Origin: a virus
Lineage: Duplodnaviria; Caudoviricetes
DNA length: 39,549 bases
Virus record (IMG/VR): IMGVR_UViG_3300011437_000015
Span: 1-39,549 of that record
Strand: one strand, 5' to 3'
The notes beneath the pieces were generated by a model, which did no database searches, was not told where the DNA came from, and saw only the letters and a program-made list of their open reading frames with translations. Positions 33,494 to 39,549 of the stretch are shown here, piece after piece (position 1 is the stretch's first letter; each line of letters starts with the position of its first letter). Position numbers and translations under genes: made by a program.

Positions 33494-35835
33494 CAGACGT
33501 TGCGCGGTAAGTGATGCAGGCGACAATCCTTGCCGCCGTTGGCCTTGAACGTGGCCAGGTTGGTGACGTTGGCGTTGACCGTGGCCCACGCCGACGCGGC
33601 CCCTGATACATCGCGCTCGACCGCGGCCACCAGGGCATGCCACAGTTGCCCGGTGTAGGTGTTCTCGGCGTCGGCTTCGACGTCGCCGTTGTTGACCGAC
33701 CACCCGCTGGCGTAGGCGTTGACCTCGGGCGTACCGGCGGCCATGAACGGACCGCTCAGTGCGGGCGGGCCGTCGGTCTTGTTCCAGGCGCGCTGCGCGC
33801 CCCACGTTGACGAGGCCCCGATGCTGGTCAGGTTGTCGTTGCTGGTGGCCCCGCCGGTGGTGCCGGCGTTGAGTTTGTAGGCGATGTAGCGCCACTCACC
33901 TAGTGTCGACTCATTGACGAAACGCACCGGTTGCAGCGTTGCCCAGTCGGCGTGTGCGGCAAGTTCCGTTTGCTCTGAACCGGTAAGGATCTTCGCCGCA
34001 GCCAACTTGTGCACCACGACAGCAAAGAAGTGGTGCATCCATGTCGACACCTGGAAGCCGGCCGGCGTTCCATCCTCGTCGCGGTAGTGAATTCCGCCGG
34101 GCTGGAAACCCCACATCAAATTGAGCTTTTGCTCTGGGTCGGTTTCCCATGTGCGGAAGTACGACACATTGCTGGCAAGACTCGACCGGGCCGTCGGCTT
34201 CCACGGGTGCGACTCGGGCGTCAGGAAAATCGCGAACCCGAGATTGCGAGCGCACCAGGCGCGTCCGCGCGTTTCGTACCAGTACCCAAACTGATGATTT
34301 GATTGGCCGAGGCCATTGAAGATCGCAGCCTTTTGCGAGATCTCTAAAAAACACGGCGATGGACGGCACAGGAACGCCACCATCCCAACCGCCGGGCAGT
34401 GCGCGTAGTCCCAGCCATAGGCCGCGTAGTTTGCAAACGGCGAGCCACCGCTGTATGGAAAACTGGCGCCTATGTGCTGTGCGCCGAGTTGCCCGAAGGT
34501 CGGGACATCGCCACTCGCGTCGCGGTAGTTGATCGGAAACGACAATAGGGCGAGCCCACTGGCAAGCACCGCGTTTCTGACGTGCTTGCTGCCGGTCTGA
34601 ACGTAGGAGCACTCCCATTGCGGCAGATAGGCGATGGTGCGGCTGTCGCCAGGGTTGCCCATGCCATTCCACCGATGCCGCCCGAAATTCCATGGCACAT
34701 AGGTGTCGTCGCCGTACTTCTGCGCCGTTCCAAAAAACTGTGTTCCTGCTGGAACGTAGCTGGAAAAGTCATAGACCGCCGATGCGGTGGGCTTGAACAG
34801 CAACGGGTGCGCCTGGATCGACGCGGTGTCGTGCGTGACCTGGATTTGCGGATCACCTCCCACCCAGCCAGAGCAGTACCACGCGCGGAATGCCTCGTGT
34901 GTCGCTCCGCCCGCCCACGCGCTGCCCGTACCGCTGCCGTTGATCTGCGTGCCGTTGATGACGACTGACGCACTGGCGTAGGTCTGGGCGGCTGGCTTGC
35001 TTGGGCTCGCCGTCGTCATGCTGCTGTTCTCGACCACCACTTCGACGAACACTCGCCCGCCGACAAAAGCGTGAACATCGATCACCGCTTCCAGCACGCC
35101 AAGCCCGCAGCTGCGCCGATAGCGGGCGCAGATCACCTGGCTGTTGGCCCACCACGTGCGATCGTGGCCGCTGGTCCAGTTGTTGAACGTTTGCGCACCA
35201 CCGCCGAAGTTGACCACCAGGTCGCCGAGCAGGCTGTCAATGTATGCGGTGGTGAGCGCCGTATCACTGACGACGGCGGGCCGCAGCCGAATGCTGGTCT
35301 GCGTGAACGCGCTGAGGCTCTTTGCTCCAGCCAGCACCATCACCTGCGCGCTGTTGTCGGGCCAGCGGCTCAACACGCTGCTGCGCAGGCTGGCGTCGTC
35401 CGGGCTAACCAGCATCGCGCCCTGCGGCACGGTGCCCTCGAGCGGGTACACGGTGGCCATGTATGGCAACACGCCTGACGCCGCGCCGGTGTTCAGCGTC
35501 ATCGTGGGCAGCGCGCCGGGCTCGAAGTAACTGAACACGACGCCGGGCTGGTTCGCCGCGGTGGCGCTGCCGACGGTGAGGCTGCCGGCATCAGTGAGCA
35601 CCATGCCAGACGGCAACGCCGCACCGCTGACGTCAACACCGTAGACGCCGCCAGCGACATAGCTGCTCGGCCCAGTAGCGGCGACGTTGAACGGCGTGCT
35701 ACTGCCTTCAGTAAAACTCAGCGCTCCGCCGTTGACGATCCAGCCCAGGTCGGGCGCGGGACTTGCGCCGCGCGCGAACTCGCGCCGCCGCTTTGGCAAC
35801 GACGGCACGCGCACCTGGTGCAGGATCGGACGCAT
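33493..35835 (-). CDS. Module A: large cargo protein, Ig-like plus polysaccharide-lyase-like (PcRGLX/YetA-type) architecture
   Basis: Ig-like 'LPSGMVL', 'SVLSRWPDNSAQV' motif and a Trp/Tyr-rich helical C-domain ('RGRAW', 'WMHHF'). Confidence 0.55.
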   Translation of the reverse strand: MRPILHQVRVPSLPKRRREFARGASPAPDLGWIVNGGALSFTEGSSTPFNVAATGPSSYVAGGVYGVDVSGAALPSGMVLTDAGSLTVGSATAANQPGVVFSYFEPGALPTMTLNTGAASGVLPYMATVYPLEGTVPQGAMLVSPDDASLRSSVLSRWPDNSAQVMVLAGAKSLSAFTQTSIRLRPAVVSDTALTTAYIDSLLGDLVVNFGGGAQTFNNWTSGHDRTWWANSQVICARYRRSCGLGVLEAVIDVHAFVGGRVFVEVVVENSSMTTASPSKPAAQTYASASVVINGTQINGSGTGSAWAGGATHEAFRAWYCSGWVGGDPQIQVTHDTASIQAHPLLFKPTASAVYDFSSYVPAGTQFFGTAQKYGDDTYVPWNFGRHRWNGMGNPGDSRTIAYLPQWECSYVQTGSKHVRNAVLASGLALLSFPINYRDASGDVPTFGQLGAQHIGASFPYSGGSPFANYAAYGWDYAHCPAVGMVAFLCRPSPCFLEISQKAAIFNGLGQSNHQFGYWYETRGRAWCARNLGFAIFLTPESHPWKPTARSSLASNVSYFRTWETDPEQKLNLMWGFQPGGIHYRDEDGTPAGFQVSTWMHHFFAVVVHKLAAAKILTGSEQTELAAHADWATLQPVRFVNESTLGEWRYIAYKLNAGTTGGATSNDNLTSIGASSTWGAQRAWNKTDGPPALSGPFMAAGTPEVNAYASGWSVNNGDVEADAENTYTGQLWHALVAAVERDVSGAASAWATVNANVTNLATFKANGGKDCRLHHLPRNV

Positions 35836-35844
35836 GCGCCAGGC

Positions 35845-36282
35845 TTAGCCCAATTCCTCGATCAACCAGGTCTGGTCGACCTGGTGCGTGCCGACCAGCA
35901 CGCGCAGGCTGACCTGGCCACTGGCGGGCACTGGGATCGGTTGCGGGTAACCGGGAAACCGATCTTTGCCGCCGTTGGCGTTGACGGAGAACACCCACAG
36001 ATCACTGTCCGCAGTGACGCTCGGCTGGGTGGTCCAGGTGTGGCGCGCCTGGAAGCTGGCGGCGCTGGAGTTGGGGTCAAGCTTGGCGGGCGTGATGCTG
36101 GTGGCGGTAGCGCCGCCGGTGGAGCGGCTGAGCTTCAGCTCGCCGGCGAGCGAGGCATTCTGCACGCCATTGACGTCGACCGACCAAATGTTCAGCGGCT
36201 TGCCGGCAGCGGCGGTGACGGTGAGCATGTCATTGCCCACGGTCATGCTCGCCGCGGGCCGCACGACGGTGAAGAAGGCCAT
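35845..36282 (-). CDS. Module A: small beta-sandwich virion protein
   Basis: 145 aa, beta-rich, AAGGA RBS. Confidence 0.7.
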   Translation of the reverse strand: MAFFTVVRPAASMTVGNDMLTVTAAAGKPLNIWSVDVNGVQNASLAGELKLSRSTGGATATSITPAKLDPNSSAASFQARHTWTTQPSVTADSDLWVFSVNANGGKDRFPGYPQPIPVPASGQVSLRVLVGTHQVDQTWLIEELG

Positions 36283-36291
36283 GGTTTTCCT

Positions 36292-36969
36292 TTAGGCGTC
36301 GACGATGGTGGTGCCGGTGCCAAGCCCAGGCGTGACGCCGGAGCTGATGGCGATCGGCGTGATCTTCCACGCCAGGCCGTCGCCAGCGCCGGTGATGGCA
36401 ACAGTCGCGCCACCTTGCGTGGTGCTCACGGTGATGTCGTTCGTGCTCAGCGTCTTGACGAAATAGACGGTGCCCTCGGCAATGCCAGCTGGCAGGCCGG
36501 ATGGATCTCCGGCAAAGAAGGCGATGCGGTCATCCACAGCCACGCCCGACAGGCCGGGGATGGTGATGAGGTCGCCGGCGTCGATGGCGGTGAAGGGGCC
36601 GAGCTTGGTGCCGATGGGGCCGAAGTGCAGCAGCTTGCCGGTGCTCGAGCTGGCGGTGCCGGTGGCGAAAAACATGGCGGTCGCGCTGCCGCCGGAGCAT
36701 TGGCCAAAATTGATTTGCGCCACCGGGCTGACGCTGTTGCCGGTGACGGTCCAGCCGGAACCGGAACGCGCCACGGCGACGCGGGCGTAGCCGGTGTAAC
36801 TGATTTCGCTGGTGGTCTGGTCACCGCCGACGCCGGGATAGGCGCTGTGCAGCGAGGCGTAAAGGTTGGTCAGCGGCGCACTGGCGGCGTTGTCGCCGAT
36901 GTTGGCGATGGCGACCGCGGTGTACAGCAGTTTCAGGTAGTCGTTACTCGACGTGGTGCCTTTGGGCAT
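36292..36969 (-). CDS. Module A: fibre-subunit-like protein (YTGYARVA family) with inserted domain
   Basis: 'LYASLHSAYPG...SEISYTGYARVAVAR...INFGQC'; AGGAG RBS; about 90 aa insertion relative to its paralog. Confidence 0.75.
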   Translation of the reverse strand: MPKGTTSSNDYLKLLYTAVAIANIGDNAASAPLTNLYASLHSAYPGVGGDQTTSEISYTGYARVAVARSGSGWTVTGNSVSPVAQINFGQCSGGSATAMFFATGTASSSTGKLLHFGPIGTKLGPFTAIDAGDLITIPGLSGVAVDDRIAFFAGDPSGLPAGIAEGTVYFVKTLSTNDITVSTTQGGATVAITGAGDGLAWKITPIAISSGVTPGLGTGTTIVDA

Positions 36970-37023
36970 TTCATGCTCCTACGTTAAAAAGCCTGCGCTG
37001 TCGGTCACCACGCGGTGCCTGGA

Positions 37024-39015
37024 TCAGTGTTTCCAACGCTTGGTAAAACTCTTCGGACGCATCCGCCGCGCTGGCTTGGCGGAGGGTTTCGGTGCTTGCT
37101 GCTCGGCTTCGGGCGTTGCTTCAGAGCCTTCGCCCTTGGGCGCGAACAAATCTGGCGCTACGCGCTGCTCGAGCCGGCGCCACATGGCCTCGGTGTAGCG
37201 GTGTAGGTCCAGCATGTTCGAGGCGAACACGTTGTAGACGCGGCAGTCGAGCGCCTCATTGCGCAGGCCGCGCTTGACCCAGCGCCAGGCATCACCGCGC
37301 GCCGTCTTCTGCGGCACGCGCGCCTCGCTGGTCAGCTGCTCGAAGTAACTGTCGGGCAGCTCGGCCGAAAAGTGCATGTATCCGGGCCCCGGCTCGCGCA
37401 ACTTCATGCGCGCGAAGATCGTGTCTTTCGCGGTGTCGGTGCCAATGAACCAGATCCGCGTGCCCTTCTTGATGACGGTGCCGCGGTAATTGACGTCGAC
37501 CCAGCTCGACTTGCCCTTGATCGGCTTGCCGAGCTGGGAATCACCCTTTACCGCGAACACCCGCCGATGCGTGCGCAGCCGGCAGAAGTTGTAAACCTGG
37601 TGCGTGAAGTGGCCGCCGGAGTCGATCACCGCGGCCTCGATCGGCATCAGCTGGCCACTGGCGTGCGGGAACGTGCTGGTCAGGTAGTCGTCCAGCTTCT
37701 GCCACTCGCGTTCATCGCCGGGGTTGGCGTCGAGCACGGTGTAGTCAACGGTCCAGCTTTCTTCGCCACGACCGTGCCCGAGCACTTCAATTTCAAAACG
37801 ATTGTCTTGCACATCAACCGCGGCGGTGCAGATCAGCACGCCAGCGGGGCAGGTGCGCAGCTTGTAGGGCTCGGCACGCGCCTTTAGAGCGTGCTGGTCG
37901 GCGCTCTCGCCTTCTTCTTCCCACGTTTCGCCGAGCGTGGTGTTGATGAACGCCTTTAGTTCGGACTTGTCGCCGCGGCGCTCTTTGTCGCGCGCGCTCA
38001 ACCACTCTCGCACGATCTGCGCCCAGGAGGTCATGGGCGAGTACGCGGTCCAGATGTGGAACGCGACCGACTTGGGCGGGCTTAGAACCGCGCCGTCGCT
38101 AGTGCGGTAGCGCGCGTTCTCGTCAATCCAGGCGCCGCTGGCGTCGATCCAGCGGCCCATCGACCAGGTGGCGAGATAGTCGCCCTGCGTGGCCAGCGTG
38201 CCGCAGTGCGGGCAAAGGTGCCGCACCGTGTCGGGATTCTTGCCGTCCCACTTGAAGCCGTGCGGCTTGTCGGGCCCGCCCCAGGTCAGCGTGTGCAGCT
38301 CGCCGCAGTGGTTGCACGGCACCTGGTAGCGGAACTCGCGCTCGGCCTGCAGGCGCCTAGCTTCGATCAGGCTGTCGTGCTTGTGCTTCGGGGTTGAGCC
38401 CAGCACCAGCTTGGGAAAGGTCGCGCCCTCGATCCGCTTGGCCGCCAGGGTGACCGGGCTGCCCTCTTTTTCGACGTCCATGTCGAAGGCGTCCAGCTCG
38501 TCGATGTAGGCAACGTCGATCGAGATGCGGCGGTAGTTCTTGGCGGCCCGGCCGCCGCGGATGTGCAGCACGCTGCCCAGGAACATCTTTTGCCGCAGTG
38601 TGTTGCGCTTGTCACGCCGCAGGTATTCGGGGAACACGTCGCGCATCGCCGGCACGTCGCGCAGCATCGGGTCGAGGTCGGTCTTGACGAACTCGTCAAC
38701 ATCCTCGTCAACCGGCTGCCACAGCGCCTGGTTGCGGCGACGGTGGTGGGCGAAGTAACCGACTGCGGCCAGCGCGATCTTGGTGTAGCCGACCCGCGCC
38801 GACTTTTGCAGCACCACCTCGCGAATGTCATCGTTGCTGATGGCATCCATGATCGCCACCTGGTACGGGAACGCTGACCAGCGCCCCTCCACATACGACG
38901 ATTCGGCCGACAGGTAGTAATGCTCGTCAGCCCACTGGCTGAGCCTCTTGGGGCTCGACTTCTTCAGTGTCTGGAAGCCCGCCCTCAATGCTGTACGGAT
39001 CTCGATCAGGTTCAT
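37024..39015 (-). CDS. terL: Terminase large subunit (lambda GpA family)
   Basis: Walker A 'KSARVGYTK', Walker B 'YIDELD', 'GSTP', 'VDVQDNR' and 'NEALDCRVY'. Confidence 0.97.
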   Translation of the reverse strand: MNLIEIRTALRAGFQTLKKSSPKRLSQWADEHYYLSAESSYVEGRWSAFPYQVAIMDAISNDDIREVVLQKSARVGYTKIALAAVGYFAHHRRRNQALWQPVDEDVDEFVKTDLDPMLRDVPAMRDVFPEYLRRDKRNTLRQKMFLGSVLHIRGGRAAKNYRRISIDVAYIDELDAFDMDVEKEGSPVTLAAKRIEGATFPKLVLGSTPKHKHDSLIEARRLQAEREFRYQVPCNHCGELHTLTWGGPDKPHGFKWDGKNPDTVRHLCPHCGTLATQGDYLATWSMGRWIDASGAWIDENARYRTSDGAVLSPPKSVAFHIWTAYSPMTSWAQIVREWLSARDKERRGDKSELKAFINTTLGETWEEEGESADQHALKARAEPYKLRTCPAGVLICTAAVDVQDNRFEIEVLGHGRGEESWTVDYTVLDANPGDEREWQKLDDYLTSTFPHASGQLMPIEAAVIDSGGHFTHQVYNFCRLRTHRRVFAVKGDSQLGKPIKGKSSWVDVNYRGTVIKKGTRIWFIGTDTAKDTIFARMKLREPGPGYMHFSAELPDSYFEQLTSEARVPQKTARGDAWRWVKRGLRNEALDCRVYNVFASNMLDLHRYTEAMWRRLEQRVAPDLFAPKGEGSEATPEAEQQAPKPSAKPARRMRPKSFTKRWKH

Positions 39016-39490
39016 CCAGGTCCGCAGTCGTTAGGTCGAACTCACCGGCAAGGTTGCGAGCCTTGGTGATTTCGCGCTCCAGGTGCTCGAGGTCAGCCGC
39101 CGTCAGATTGATGTCAATCCGCCGCAGGCTCGGCACAATTCCGTCGAAGATCCCGGCAATCTGCCGGCAGTGCCGCGCAATCACCGCCGCCACCCAGCCC
39201 AGCGGCACCAGCTCGCGCCGCCGCTCGGCGTTCAGCATCGCCACGCGATCTGCCTGCTCGCTCGCCAAGCGCGCGCGCTCGGTCACCAGGTTGATGTCGC
39301 CGACCGCGACGCGGCCCGCCGCGATCTCGCGCTGGTGCGCGCAGTACGCGCGAATCCACTCGCCGAACGTCCCGCCAGGCCGCAGCACCCCGCGCTTGAT
39401 CAGATCCGATGCCGCCGGCTGGGAAATCCCAACAACATCGCCAAACGCTTTCTGGGTGGCTGGCTGGTCTAAGACTTCTATGAGAATCAT
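38927..39490 (-). CDS. terS: Terminase small subunit (Nu1-like)
   Basis: wHTH 'QKAFGDVVGISQPAASDL' and coiled coil 'ERARLASEQADRVAMLN'; overlaps terL and is adjacent to cos. Confidence 0.9.
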   Translation of the reverse strand: MILIEVLDQPATQKAFGDVVGISQPAASDLIKRGVLRPGGTFGEWIRAYCAHQREIAAGRVAVGDINLVTERARLASEQADRVAMLNAERRRELVPLGWVAAVIARHCRQIAGIFDGIVPSLRRIDINLTAADLEHLEREITKARNLAGEFDLTTADLDEPDRDPYSIEGGLPDTEEVEPQEAQPVG

Positions 39491-39494
39491 TCCT

Positions 39495-39518
39495 ATAACC
39501 CCCTAAGGTGGGGGGTAT
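39495..39518. promoter_or_regulatory. Inverted repeat in the cosB position
   Basis: ATAACCCCC-TAAGGTG-GGGGGTAT between cosN and the terS start. Confidence 0.4.
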
Positions 39519-39536
39519 GACTAGAGACAAGACGCG

Positions 39537-39548
39537 GTCCGAACTACC
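39537..39548. repeat. cosN cohesive-end sequence, right copy
   Basis: Identical to 1..12, followed by a single extra A. Confidence 0.85.
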
Positions 39549-39549
39549 A

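Larger units (their letters stand above)
1..39549. mobile_element. Complete temperate lambdoid siphophage genome (cos-ended, integrase-encoding)
   Basis: Full set of packaging, head, tail, lysis, immunity and integration genes, no host housekeeping genes, intact attP, and a 12-bp terminal repeat next to terS. Confidence 0.95.

Noticed and set aside
33494-33895. N-terminal extension of the 592-aa ORF
   Set aside because: It overlaps the 780-aa gene and reads as Arg-rich off-frame sequence; the TGATG-coupled ATG at 33493 is the more plausible start

Overview
The window appears to be one complete, linear ~39.5 kb temperate siphophage genome. It is GC-rich and lambdoid in layout, and the host is probably a betaproteobacterium (inferred). 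The same 12-mer (GTCCGAACTACC) sits at both ends. A lambda-identical cosQ (GGGTCCT) and an IHF consensus lie next to it, so the ends look like filled-in cohesive (cos) ends. The left arm carries a Q-like regulator, a minimal replication region with no recognisable initiator or helicase, a cro/cI switch with operators, an early operon of small repeat-linked genes, xis, a tyrosine integrase, and an attP whose core is the 5' half of a tRNA-Leu(CAA). The minus-strand late operon encodes a lambda-type terminase and portal, an HK97-type protease-capsid fusion, a non-contractile tail (with a G/GT frameshift, short tape measure and J-like tip) and a holin/lysozyme/Rz-Rz1 lysis cassette. The most unusual feature is about 11 kb of extra virion-like genes inserted in the head region as two parallel modules (terL to gpW, and portal to capsid). 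Each module has a paralogous 'YTGYARVA' subunit, cargo domains (lectin-like, polysaccharide-lyase-like, propeller-like), a paralogous adaptor and an Ala-rich scaffold. The portal and the gpW-like neck protein also carry extra domains. Together these suggest a modular head- or neck-mounted fibre system rather than side tail fibres. Family assignments come from motif recognition by eye; no database searches were run.
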